Source of the DNA: a virus
Lineage: Duplodnaviria; Caudoviricetes
IMG/VR virus record: IMGVR_UViG_2933814219_000003
Span: 17,103 to 81,102 of that record
DNA: 64,000 bases
Reading direction: 5' to 3' (one strand)
Shown: one piece after another, positions 1 through 10,100 of the stretch
Layout: each line of letters opens with the position of its first letter
Position numbering within the stretch: position 1 is the first letter of the stretch
Translations under genes and position numbers: made by a program
The notes under the pieces: model-generated
Seen by the model: the letters and a program-made list of their open reading frames with translations, nothing else
Database searches by the model: none
Told to the model about the DNA's origin: nothing

Positions 1-32
1 GATGCCTACGCCTGGGCGCAAGGGGCGATCCG

Positions 33-363
33 ATGACCGTGGATGAGTTCCTTCGAGCGCGATACGCGGAAGGCGCTGAGGCGGTTCGGGCGCACTGGAA
101 TGCCGCCGGGATTACGTCGCGGAGGTTCCATGGAACACCAATGGATCCGCCGGCCCTCATCGCCGACCTTGAGATGAAGCTAGCCATCGTTGATGAGCAT
201 TCGCTTGTGCCCGCCAGCTACGGGCAGAGCCTGGGCTGTGAGATCTGCGTTGCAACGTTCTCCTGGGGGGGCTGAGGTCGTCAGCGGCCCGTGCGTCACA
301 TTGCGGCTGCTGGCGCAACGCTTCGCCGATCACCCGGACTGCGTACAGGAGTGGCTTCCGTGA
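33..363 (+). pseudogene. DUF6221-like protein, frameshifted at a G7 run (265-271)
   Basis: N-terminus MTVDEFLRARY; removing one G continues the frame as SWGAEVVSGPCVTLRLLAQRFADHPDCVQEWLP* with stop 361-363, matching the LRLLA..(Y/F)..H.D C-terminus of the paralog at 27172. Confidence 0.7.
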
Positions 364-980
364 AGATCACCGGCATCACCGTCGTCATCCCCACCCACCC
401 GTTCAGGGTCCGCAACGGGATGCTAGCCCGCGCGGTCAAGTCCGTGGAGCAGCAGCACCTTACCCCCGACGACCTCATCATCGAGATCGACAAGGAAGGG
501 CTCGGAGCAGCCACCACACGGCAACGCGGCCTGGAGAAGGTCAGCACTGAATGGGTCGCCTTCCTCGATAGCGACGACTGGATGTACCCCGAACACCTCA
601 AGGTGCTCGCCGCCGGAGCCCGCGCCCACAAGGCCGACTACCTGTTCAGCTACTACATGGTCCACCGGCGCGACGGCACCCCCTGGCCCGAGAACGACCC
701 CCTCGGCCACTTCGGCAAGCCCTGGAACCCGGCAGCCCCCCACCAGACCACCATCACCACCCTCGTCCGCACCGACATCGCCCAAGCCGTCGGCTTCATC
801 GACCCACCCGAGGGCAGCACCGTTGGCGGCCACCGCGGCGGCGAAGACTGGCACTTCACCATCGGCTGCCGTGACGCCGGCGCCCACATCGTCCACATCC
901 CCCGCCGCACCTGGGCCTGGGTCCACCACGGGCTCAACAGCAGCGGGCTCCCCGACCGCGGCGACGCCGCCATCCGATAG
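360..980 (+). CDS. Glycosyltransferase family 2 (GT-A fold)
   Basis: VVIPT N-terminal strand and WVAFLDSDD (DxD) motif; GTG at 360 overlaps the upstream TGA, with AGGAG RBS at 347-351. Confidence 0.85.
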   Translation: MKITGITVVIPTHPFRVRNGMLARAVKSVEQQHLTPDDLIIEIDKEGLGAATTRQRGLEKVSTEWVAFLDSDDWMYPEHLKVLAAGARAHKADYLFSYYMVHRRDGTPWPENDPLGHFGKPWNPAAPHQTTITTLVRTDIAQAVGFIDPPEGSTVGGHRGGEDWHFTIGCRDAGAHIVHIPRRTWAWVHHGLNSSGLPDRGDAAIR

Positions 981-989
981 GAGTGCCCG

Positions 990-1166
990 ATGACACGACA
1001 GATCAGCATGGAAGCCGCCCTCAACGCCTACCGGAAGAAGTGCGGGGAGCTCTTGGAGGCGAACATCCTCCTCGAAGCCCAAGCGGCGGAACTACAAGCC
1101 GAGAACGAGCAACTCAAGGGCGAAGCCGCCAGTCTTCAGGCCGAGGAGAGAACTACGTCGACATGA
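990..1166 (+). CDS. Small coiled-coil protein (58 aa, not in ORF track)
   Basis: MTRQISMEAALNAYRKKCGELLEANILLEAQAAELQAENEQLKGE...; AGGAG RBS upstream. Confidence 0.7.
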   Translation: MTRQISMEAALNAYRKKCGELLEANILLEAQAAELQAENEQLKGEAASLQAEERTTST

Positions 1167-1683
1167 CCCGGACCGCGGTCGCAATCGCGGTCGCTCCCGA
1201 CAAGGTAATCAGCCCCGTGTTCTGAACTGTCACGGTCAACACGGTTCCCGAGGTCCGGACGATCGACGTGATGGCCAGCGACGCGAGGATCGATGCGCTC
1301 GCAGTGAGCACCGCTGAGGCCATATACGCGGTATCCGGCATGGCCGGCGACAGCGGGACCGCGACGGCCACGGTTGCACTGGCCAGGAGCGACGGGACAA
1401 CAGCGGACCCCATGGACAGTAAGGCCGCCGTGGCGGTCATGACCGGTGCCCAGGACGAGGCATACTCGGCCGGCGAGCAGTAGGTGAGCAGCCGGGTGGC
1501 CCCGGAGTCCCGGACCACCCACCAGCCGTTCGGTACGGGGTAGCGGTCCTCGCCGGAACCGAGGGTGAGGAGGTTCCCGGTGTCGGAGATGAGCTGCATG
1601 TCCGTGAGCCACGTATTGGCGATATAGGTGCCATTGGTGCCGTTGTACTGCACGGACTCGAACTTGCGCGTAACGATGGCCAC
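1153..1683 (-). CDS. Putative virion/tail-associated protein
   Basis: Last gene of the tail operon; GGAGG RBS; beta-rich, Thr/Ala/Val-rich. Confidence 0.6.
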   Translation of the reverse strand: MAIVTRKFESVQYNGTNGTYIANTWLTDMQLISDTGNLLTLGSGEDRYPVPNGWWVVRDSGATRLLTYCSPAEYASSWAPVMTATAALLSMGSAVVPSLLASATVAVAVPLSPAMPDTAYMASAVLTASASILASLAITSIVRTSGTVLTVTVQNTGLITLSGATAIATAVRVMST

Positions 1684-1702
1684 AGGTGACGCCCCCTCCG
1701 GG

Positions 1703-2404
1703 TCAGAAGCCCTCTACGACGTAGCGAATCGGTGTAGCGGTGGTATTGGTGCGGGTGACCCAGACCGTGCAGCCGGTGGAGGACTCGCCCGTGATGCCGA
1801 CTCCGGTGACCTGGGAACCAGGGACGTTGACGGCGGCGGTGACCTGGCCGTAGAAGGTGCTGCCAGTAAGACTTGCCGGGAAGGTGACAACCGCCGACGT
1901 GGGGGTGTTGGCGCCGCTGGGGGTGATGGTCACGGTGCCGACGATGCGGTTCTTCGCGGTGAGCACTCCGTTGACGGAGACGTTGGCGCTGGCGGTGACT
2001 GCTCCGCTGAGCGTGGTCGCGCCGTCGACGATCAGCGCGTCGTTGGTCCTGAGGACGTTCGCGGCGTTCCGGAACAGGTTGACGTCGGCTCCGATGGCGA
2101 GCTGAGCGGACGCCGCGAGCTTGAGGGTCGACCCGAACGTGCCCGCGGCGTTGGGGACCTCTACCCAGGAGCCGGATGCGGGGCCGGTGCCGTTGGAGTA
2201 GTAGGAGCGACTCGTATCCGTCTCGAAGATCGCTTCGCCGGAGAACGGCGCACTGGGCCGGGTTGTCGAGGTAACCGGCTGGAACCCGGCCGCCAGATCG
2301 ACCTTGTCGGCGTTCTGGTTGAGGTCTGTCTGAACGTTGACGAGCTCGGAGCCGTCGTTCAGGGGGCGCCGCAGTCCGAGGCGGGGTGTCGGGGTCTCAG
2401 GCAC
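1703..2404 (-). CDS. Putative tail fibre/minor tail protein
   Basis: TPRLGL N-terminus typical of actinophage fibre proteins; C-terminal beta-rich VTFP domain; position in tail operon. Confidence 0.65.
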   Translation of the reverse strand: MPETPTPRLGLRRPLNDGSELVNVQTDLNQNADKVDLAAGFQPVTSTTRPSAPFSGEAIFETDTSRSYYSNGTGPASGSWVEVPNAAGTFGSTLKLAASAQLAIGADVNLFRNAANVLRTNDALIVDGATTLSGAVTASANVSVNGVLTAKNRIVGTVTITPSGANTPTSAVVTFPASLTGSTFYGQVTAAVNVPGSQVTGVGITGESSTGCTVWVTRTNTTATPIRYVVEGF

Positions 2405-2984
2405 TGTGGGCCTCCTCTGTGGCCATGCCGACGGGTGGCAGGGCTCTCGTGGTCAGCTGGGCTGTCTCGCCGCGGGCCTGTCGTTTCATGACGGCAACGC
2501 ATTCGGCGAGCTCAGCTACGCGCCCTGGGTCGACGCCCCTGGTCCTGATCTCGCCCCGGGGGTCCTTCTTCCCTTTGCCTTCCGGGATGCGGATGCGGGT
2601 GTGTCGCTTCACGTCGGCGATCCGGAGCTGATGGGCTTCGCGCGCAACGCTTGTGGACGGGGCGTTGTGCAGCTGGACGGGTGCTACGGCGGCGCTCCCC
2701 TTGGAGGCCAGGGTGCTGGCGTTGAGGCCGGCGCGTGCCGCAGGGTCCAATGCTGCCGCTGCGGGAACCGCGAGGTCCGGGAGGAACGGTTCGTGCAGGA
2801 TGATGTCGAGGAGGGTGTCGGTGTCGGCCGGGTCGATGCCGTACTCGGCGGCCCTCCAGGCCAGGGTTTCCTGGGGGAAGACGTGGACGTGCCCCCTTCC
2901 CTCCGCGTCAGTCATTCGCACCTGCCAGGTCAGGGTTTCCCCGATGACACCTTCGGTGATTTCCGTGATGGTTCGCTCATCCAT
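2397..2984 (-). CDS. Phage hypothetical protein (tail region)
   Basis: Overlap-coupled with neighbours; AAEYGIDPAD motif. Confidence 0.6.
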   Translation of the reverse strand: MDERTITEITEGVIGETLTWQVRMTDAEGRGHVHVFPQETLAWRAAEYGIDPADTDTLLDIILHEPFLPDLAVPAAAALDPAARAGLNASTLASKGSAAVAPVQLHNAPSTSVAREAHQLRIADVKRHTRIRIPEGKGKKDPRGEIRTRGVDPGRVAELAECVAVMKRQARGETAQLTTRALPPVGMATEEAHSA

Positions 2985-2993
2985 GAAGGTTCC

Positions 2994-5924
2994 CTATGCT
3001 CGGTAGCACCAGAAATTGACCCGCATCCCCTGCGAGTTGTTCCATGCGACAGTGAATCCCGTGGCACCTGACGAGGAGATCCCCCACACCGTTGGGGTGC
3101 TGGTGCCGAAGTTCCCGGCAACGCAGGTGGCTACAGGGATCATTTGTGATGACATCGTCGGGCCGTAGGAAAGGGTGATGGATGTTGAGGTACCCACGAC
3201 GACCGAGCCGGTGAATATGGCGTCGTCTGCGGCTGCGGCCGAGTAGTTTCGCCATTTCCCTGTCAGGTTGAAGTAGCCGCCGAACAGGGCGAGACGTGTC
3301 TCCGTGGACGCCCCGATGTCGTGCGCGAGGAATCCCTGGTTGCCGTCGAGGTAGATGTTCCCGCCGTTGCCGCCGGGTCCTCCGTACAGTCGTGCGGTGT
3401 TCTGGTCCCCGAAGAACCGCCCGCCGGTGACACCGTTCTTCTTGAAGCCGACGTCCACGTTGTTGGGGTAGGCGAGCGCGAAACCACCGAAAGAGTCCTG
3501 TGAAGAAGCGTCGACGACTTCGAGGCGTGCAGCATTCGTTGTCAGGTAGACCCTGCTGGTGACCTGGGTGCCGCCGCCCCCGTCATACTGGGAGCCGTTC
3601 ATGCCGAGGTTCACATCGCTGCCCGAGCTGACCGCATTGATGAATCCGTACTCTGTTCCGGAGTTCGGGTAGAAGCGGATTTCCGGCAGGTACGACGATG
3701 TCGGATTGATCTCCAGCCGGCGGCCTGTGGTTCCGGATTTGATCTGGCCGACGATGGAAACGTCACCAGTGGTCGCATCGGCGAAGAATGTGCGGGTACC
3801 CGCCGCGTTGTACAGCTCGTACCCGTCGATACTCATGCGGGCACGGGCACCGGTGTCCGCGGTCTTGATCTCGCCGCCCATCACCCACGAAGCGGTGATG
3901 GTCCCGGCCGTGACCTTGGAGACGGTCAGGTCGGAAATGTGCGCATCGTCGATGAGGAGCGCGGTCGCCGTGGCCGCATCCGACGGCCCCGACTTGTTGC
4001 CCGCAACGTCCACAGCGACGACCCGCACGTACCGGGCGGAGGTTTCCTCGACCTGCACCGTGGTGACCACAGGGATCTGAGCCTGGATCATTCCCGCGGT
4101 TGCCGAGACTTTCGCCTCCAGGGTGCTCGGAGACGGAGTGAAGTACGGCTCGTAGTCGACGTGGACTTCGAGGTGGTGGAGGTCGGCCTCCAGGTTGAAG
4201 GTGCCGCCTGACGACTTGCCGAGCTCATGGGTTACCTGCAAGGCGATCCTGGACCCGGCCACCGCCGGGGCGGCCGGCGTGGACGGTGGAATGTTGTCCG
4301 ACGTCGTCACGAACGTCGTCGTCCCCGACCACGCACCTCGGTTGCCGGTCTTGTCGACGGCCCGGATCTGGATGTCGTATCCGATCCCGGTCGACAGGTC
4401 TTGGAGCTGGTGGGTGCTGGTGCCCCATGGGGCGTAGGCGATCTGCCAGTCGCCGTCAGGGGCGGCGAACGGCTGCGCCCACGACTGGAGGTCCATCCAC
4501 CGCACCTGGGAGAGCTGCGCCCACGTGGCGGGGTACAGCATGTCGGTGTCGACGGCGTACCGGATCTCGTAGTGGTCGCCGTCGAGGATCGTGGACCCGT
4601 CGACGTTGTTCGGGGCGTTCCAGGCGAGGATGACGCGGGCCCGGGTGAAGCCGCGGGAGTCAAGGTAGGTGGCGCCGGAGAACGGTTCGACGAGGGTGGG
4701 GATGCCGGGGATCGTCGTGTCAGCGTTCGGGCGTGACCCGACCGGTTCGGCGCCGGAGTTCATCAGCTGCCGGGAGAAGTCTCCGACGGTGACGTAGGTT
4801 CCGGCCTCGGAGGTTTCGATGTGGTCGGTGAGGTCGTACCAGGTTCCGTCGGCGGCCCGGTAGGCGACGGTGTATTCGGCGGTGACACCCCAGCTGATCT
4901 CGGTGATCTGCAATTTGATGGGGTTGAGGCGCTGCCCCCGGAAGATGATCTCGTTGGTGGTGTCAACGAGGCCCTTGTCCGGGTCGTAGGCGTGGACGTA
5001 GTCGCCGAGGGAGAACTCTCCGTGGATGTCGTAGTCCTGGATCGCCAGACGGAGATCCTGCTTGGGTGCGATGAACTGGCTGAGGGCCAGCTGGGCGCGA
5101 GTGGCCGCGTTCGCGGTGACGGTGTCGGACTCGGAAACCAGCCGGGTGAGCTTGAGGCTGTTGCCGTGGATGTCCTTGTACGGGTTGGACCCGGGGTTGA
5201 TGTCTGCTGAGCCCGTGGCCGTGGAGTCGCCTTCCCCTTCGGCGAGGAGCACCACGCGAGTCGTGTAGTCCTCGACGTCGCCGACGAGATCCATGCTGCC
5301 CGGGACGGCGGTGAGCGCCATGTCCTCCCCCGCCCCACGGGCGATGACAACGCACCGCGGATCCGTGACGAACAGATTCGACTCGGGGCCGGCGTCGAGA
5401 GTGCCGTCGTTGTTGACCCGCCAGGAGACGGGGACGAGGGGGGTGGACATGGTCTGGCAGACGTACTGGATGGCCTGCCGTGGTGACTGCCACTGGTGGG
5501 TGCCTGAGTAGGTTTTCCCGGCGACCGGGTACAGGGTGCCTTCGGTGATGGCGCCGGAGGTGGGGAGGAGGCCGCGGATAACATCGGGGAAGAGGCTGCC
5601 GGAGGCGAAGGTGGTGGCGTTCTCCAGGACGTCGCCCTTGTTGTCCTCGTCGCCGAGCCACATGGCCATGCCGACACCGCCGATTTTGACGTTGTCGTTG
5701 GGGGTTTTGGTGCGGGCGTCGTCACCGAAGCTGTTGCTGCGCAGCACTCCGACATAGCGGGCGGCGTCGAGGAGGTTGTCGCCGTACCGGGCGGGGTCGA
5801 GTCGCCCCTGGATGATGGCGACGTGTCCGAAGTAGGCGAGGGCGTCGAGGACATCGCGGGGGATGGTGGGCTTGAGGTCGATGTCCCAGCGGCCGAGAGC
5901 GTTCAGAGTTTCCTGGATCGTCAC
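2994..5924 (-). CDS. Minor tail protein/central fibre with fibronectin type III-like domains
   Basis: 976 aa; FN3-like motifs (LAWNAP, YDIQIRAVDKTGN, VRVVAVDVAGNKS); second gene after tape measure. Confidence 0.8.
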   Translation of the reverse strand: MTIQETLNALGRWDIDLKPTIPRDVLDALAYFGHVAIIQGRLDPARYGDNLLDAARYVGVLRSNSFGDDARTKTPNDNVKIGGVGMAMWLGDEDNKGDVLENATTFASGSLFPDVIRGLLPTSGAITEGTLYPVAGKTYSGTHQWQSPRQAIQYVCQTMSTPLVPVSWRVNNDGTLDAGPESNLFVTDPRCVVIARGAGEDMALTAVPGSMDLVGDVEDYTTRVVLLAEGEGDSTATGSADINPGSNPYKDIHGNSLKLTRLVSESDTVTANAATRAQLALSQFIAPKQDLRLAIQDYDIHGEFSLGDYVHAYDPDKGLVDTTNEIIFRGQRLNPIKLQITEISWGVTAEYTVAYRAADGTWYDLTDHIETSEAGTYVTVGDFSRQLMNSGAEPVGSRPNADTTIPGIPTLVEPFSGATYLDSRGFTRARVILAWNAPNNVDGSTILDGDHYEIRYAVDTDMLYPATWAQLSQVRWMDLQSWAQPFAAPDGDWQIAYAPWGTSTHQLQDLSTGIGYDIQIRAVDKTGNRGAWSGTTTFVTTSDNIPPSTPAAPAVAGSRIALQVTHELGKSSGGTFNLEADLHHLEVHVDYEPYFTPSPSTLEAKVSATAGMIQAQIPVVTTVQVEETSARYVRVVAVDVAGNKSGPSDAATATALLIDDAHISDLTVSKVTAGTITASWVMGGEIKTADTGARARMSIDGYELYNAAGTRTFFADATTGDVSIVGQIKSGTTGRRLEINPTSSYLPEIRFYPNSGTEYGFINAVSSGSDVNLGMNGSQYDGGGGTQVTSRVYLTTNAARLEVVDASSQDSFGGFALAYPNNVDVGFKKNGVTGGRFFGDQNTARLYGGPGGNGGNIYLDGNQGFLAHDIGASTETRLALFGGYFNLTGKWRNYSAAAADDAIFTGSVVVGTSTSITLSYGPTMSSQMIPVATCVAGNFGTSTPTVWGISSSGATGFTVAWNNSQGMRVNFWCYRA

Positions 5925-5928
5925 TGGG

Positions 5929-7128
5929 TTATCGCCTCACCGCGTAGGTTGCCTCGGCCAGGGCCCCGATGTACTGGTTCCGCAGGTCAAGGACTGCGTC
6001 ACCGGCTGCGGGTGAGGCGCCGCCTGCTTGCACGCCGACCCAGAAGTCGAGGCCTGTGGCAGCGGCCTTGGACACTCCCCCGCTGGCATGCGCAGTGAAC
6101 GTCCGGGCTGATCCGGCGACCGCCCGGTTCCCGTCCGCGTCGTTTCCGGTGGCGATGACGTAGCCGGACGCCGCGGCAGAAGTGTTCGTCTCCAGGGTGC
6201 GGAGATACACGGCGAGCGTGGCGCTGGACCCGGACTGGAGGTAGCCCTCGACGGTGCGGGCGCCGCGGCGCAGCGCCAGGTCGAGGGTGGTCCGCCCCGG
6301 GGAGCGGGAGGCGGTGAGGCGCAGCACGACGTGCTCCAGGTCGTTACGGAGCAGGGTCGCCGCGTCCCAGGTGGCCACCGCGGAGCCTGCGACGGTGACG
6401 TTCCACAGTTTGCTGCGCCAGCCGCCCCCGGTGTACGCCTGCACATCCAGGACTCCGGCGCTCGCGGTGGGGGTGACGTTCACGAGGCCGTTGGACAGTG
6501 CCCACGCGGTGGCGGGCACGGGGCGCTGCGTCCCGTCGACCTCCAGGCCGGCCGCCGTGTCGGTGACCCGCACCCGGCCCTTCAGGTAGTCGGCAGGGGC
6601 GCACCCCCACCGAGGGGAGACGGCCGGGGGCATCGACCGGTACACGGTGATGGGGCCGTCGGATGTTGCGCGGGTCATGCTGGTGGGCGAGGAGCTGCCC
6701 GTGTAGTAGGCGTAGTGCCCGATGGGCGGGGCGTGCCACCGCTCCCCCGCGAGCCCGAAGTCGTTGAGGCGTACCGCTCCGGTGAGGCGGCTTTGGAGAT
6801 CGACTTCTCCGGCGGTGCCGAGGCGGTCGAGGCCGGCTTTCCAGTTGGCGATGACCCGGTCGCCACGCTCCTCTGTGATCGCTGACCCGCAGGTTTTCAC
6901 CTGGTAGTAGCCGTTGCGTTCGGGCTTGTCGGTGAAGGTGACGGCGATGGGGCTGTCGCTGTCGAGGGCGTTGATGTTGTCGTGGGTGGCGACCAGGACG
7001 GCTCGGGTGAGGGGTGGGGTGGACTCCTGGCCGTCCAGGTCGAGGGCCCGGTCGATGCCAGTTTCCGCTGCGGTGAACGTCTCCCTGAGGAGGGTGCGGT
7101 TGAGCTGGATACTGCCCCAGTCGGTCAT
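5929..7128 (-). CDS. Minor tail (distal tail-like) protein
   Basis: Immediately after tape measure, ATGA overlap. Confidence 0.7.
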   Translation of the reverse strand: MTDWGSIQLNRTLLRETFTAAETGIDRALDLDGQESTPPLTRAVLVATHDNINALDSDSPIAVTFTDKPERNGYYQVKTCGSAITEERGDRVIANWKAGLDRLGTAGEVDLQSRLTGAVRLNDFGLAGERWHAPPIGHYAYYTGSSSPTSMTRATSDGPITVYRSMPPAVSPRWGCAPADYLKGRVRVTDTAAGLEVDGTQRPVPATAWALSNGLVNVTPTASAGVLDVQAYTGGGWRSKLWNVTVAGSAVATWDAATLLRNDLEHVVLRLTASRSPGRTTLDLALRRGARTVEGYLQSGSSATLAVYLRTLETNTSAAASGYVIATGNDADGNRAVAGSARTFTAHASGGVSKAAATGLDFWVGVQAGGASPAAGDAVLDLRNQYIGALAEATYAVRR

Positions 7129-10100
7129 CGCTGACGGCTCCTGTTCCAGTTACGCAGTGCCTCGTTCATCTCCGACACCATGGCTTCTGCTGCGGCCTTG
7201 CGGCTGGTCGGACTGGACAGGTCGAAGGTGCCGTCGATGTGGATGCTGCCGATGGTGATTCCGGCGCCGTTGCGGACGATGTCCTCGAACGCGGCCCGCT
7301 CGGCGGGGGTGAGGACGGCTTCGGGCTTGCCGGTCTGGTTGTCGACGAGGGTGCGGCCGGGCTGGAGGAGGCCGCCGGTGTCGTACTTTGTGGCGGGCGC
7401 GTACCCGTACCGGTCGGTCCACATAGAGCTGTTCACACCGCGGGCGCCGGAGCCGATGACGACTCCGTCACCGCCGCGGGACTCCACGTTGACGCCTGCG
7501 ATCGTGCCTGCGGTGTGGCCGACGCCGGCGTTCGTGATGCCGATCTGGTAGGGCGAGTTCAGGTTGCGGACCCAGCCGCTGGGGGCGGTGTTGCCGCTGA
7601 ACGCACCGGTGGCCCACCTGCGGTGCGGGGACTCGCCGCGGATGACGGACTCGATCGCGGAGACCAGGCCGGAGCAGTCCCACGACGGGTTTCCGTTGCC
7701 GCCCCATTGATACTTTTTGCCGTGCTGGGTGCGGGCCCAGGCCAGGCCGCGCTGCACGGCGGGCCCGCCGACGGCTTTCTTGTCCTCGTTGCCGAGGAAG
7801 CCGAGCATCTTGTCGAGGAGGTTGTTCGGCACTCCCTTGGTGAGCCGCCCGTAGGAGGAGGAGCCGCCCGGGATCTGGTTGATGAGCGGCCGGACGAAGG
7901 TGCTGATGGCCTTCTGTGCGGCGGCTTTGAGGCCTCCGATGACGAGGTCTTTCGCCCAGTCGATGCCGCCGCTGATGGCCCCGCCGATGCTGGAGATGGT
8001 GCCGACGATGCCGCCCTTGTCGAAGTGCTGCATGCCCTGTGCGACACGGTTGTCGGGGTTGCCGCCGGTGCGCCCTTCGGAGCGGTCCTTGCCGAGCATG
8101 GCGTCGATGGCCCGGTGCCCGCCGAGCTGGGCGACTTGGGCGAGGGACAGGACGCGTTCGTTGGGGGTGAGCATGGCGGGGACGGTGTCACCGGTTCCCT
8201 GACCGGGGACGATGCCGCCCTTGGCGAACTTCAGGCCGATCGAGGGAAGCACAATCTTGCTGTTGATCTTCCCGGCGATGGTGTTCCACATTTTTCGGAC
8301 GCCGTCGTTGTAGACGTTCCCCACCACCCACTTGATGGGTGATCCGAGCTTCGACTTGATGCCGTCCCAGATCTTCCCGATACCGTCGCGGAGCAGGGTG
8401 AAGCTGGTCGTCATGCTGCTCTTGAAGTCGCTGATCTTCCCCCGGATCGAGCTGAAGATCGTGGTGACCTTGTCGCGGGCGTTGTTCCACATGGTGTTCC
8501 ACGTGGTCGAGACGCTCGTCTTGAGGTTGGTGAAGGAGGTCTTCAGGGTCGTCCATGCGGTGCTGACGGACGTCTTGAAGCCGCTGTAGAAGGTGTTCCA
8601 CTTCTCCCTGAGCTTCGCCCACAGGTCGTTCCAGATCTTGACGACCCCGTCCTTCAGGTCAGTGAAGATCTTCTTCGTGCTGGTCCACAAGCTCGTGAAC
8701 CACGTGACGATCGCGCGCACCAGATCCGGAATGATCGAGTGGCCGACCAGCACGTCAAAGAGCCACTCGAACTTCTCGACGATCCACTCCACGCCGGCGG
8801 TCATCGCGTCCACGAACAGCTGAATCCACTGGATGACCGTGGTCAGCACCGGGATCAGCGTGCCGAGCGCTTCGGTGAACTTCGTGGCCAGCAGCGTGGC
8901 AAGCCACGTGATCAGCGGAATCAGGGGGGTCAAGATTTCCATGGCCAGCGTCAGCAACGACACGGTCAGCTGGCCCAGCGGCGCCAGCAGCGGGAACAGG
9001 GCCAGGGTCATCTGAGCGAAGGTCGGCGCCAGAGTAGCCAGCAGGCCACCGATCATCGTGACCAGTGGAATCAGTGCCTGAACGACCGGGAGCAGCGCCT
9101 TCGCCAGAGAGTCAGCGAGGGACACGAACGTCGTCAGTACGACCTGGATGACCGGGGCGACTGCGGCGACGATCGCTGCGATCAGCGCACCGACCGGAGC
9201 GAGGAGCGGCATGACCGCCTTCACCACGCCAATCAGGGCGGTGCCGACGGACTCGACGATGGGCATCAGGGCCGTCATGATCGGCAGAAGTGCCTGGCCC
9301 AGGGCTGCGGCCAGCTGGGCCAGCACCGGACCCAGCGCTGTCGCGAGGAGACTGATGGTCGGAGCCAGGGCAGCCAGAAGGGGGAGCACCGCCTGGATGA
9401 CAGCTCCGAGAGTTGTAGCGATCAGCGAAGCAACGTCGTTCAGCGCGGTGAAGATCGTCGTCAGCATTGCCTGGACTTCCGGCATGGCTGTGATACGCCG
9501 CAGCTCCTCGAACACCGCCCCCAGGCCGCCCAGGACGTCTCCGGCCCCTGCCCCGGCTGCTTTGAGGATGTTCCCGACAGTGCCGAAAATGTCACCGAGC
9601 AGTGCACCGAACTGCTGGACAACCCCGACAGCTGTCTCGATCGACTCCTCCATCCGGCCCGAAGCGAAAGCCCCCGACATCCGCTCGGAGATACTCGTCG
9701 CAGCCTCACCCGCCGCGGTCGTCAGCCTGGTGAAGGCCGGTGACGCGGCGATGGACAGCTGAACGAAGGCCTGGGCTATCTGCCCCGGAACCTGCACCAA
9801 CGGCTGCACGCCGGCGGTCAGGCCGCTGAACATCTGCGACAGCGTCCCCGCCTTGCCGAGGGCGGTGAAGGTGTTCATGAGCCCTGTCGCCATGTTGTTC
9901 AGGACCGAGGCCATGCCGACAAGACCGGTCTGCACCGCAGGCAGGACGGCGCTCGACATGCGGGTCAGGGTGTCGCCCAGTCCTCGGAAAAGTGCGTCCT
10001 GTACGTCCGCGCGGACGGCTGACCATGCGGGGGCTATGCCCCGGACGGCGTTGACGAACTCGCGGGCGTTCGGGGACAGCTTCGACATGGCGTCGTTGAA

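Noticed and set aside
1-7128. Lysis cassette, or a diversity-generating retroelement acting on tail fibres
   Set aside because: No endolysin/holin, reverse transcriptase or TR/VR repeat pair recognised in the window.
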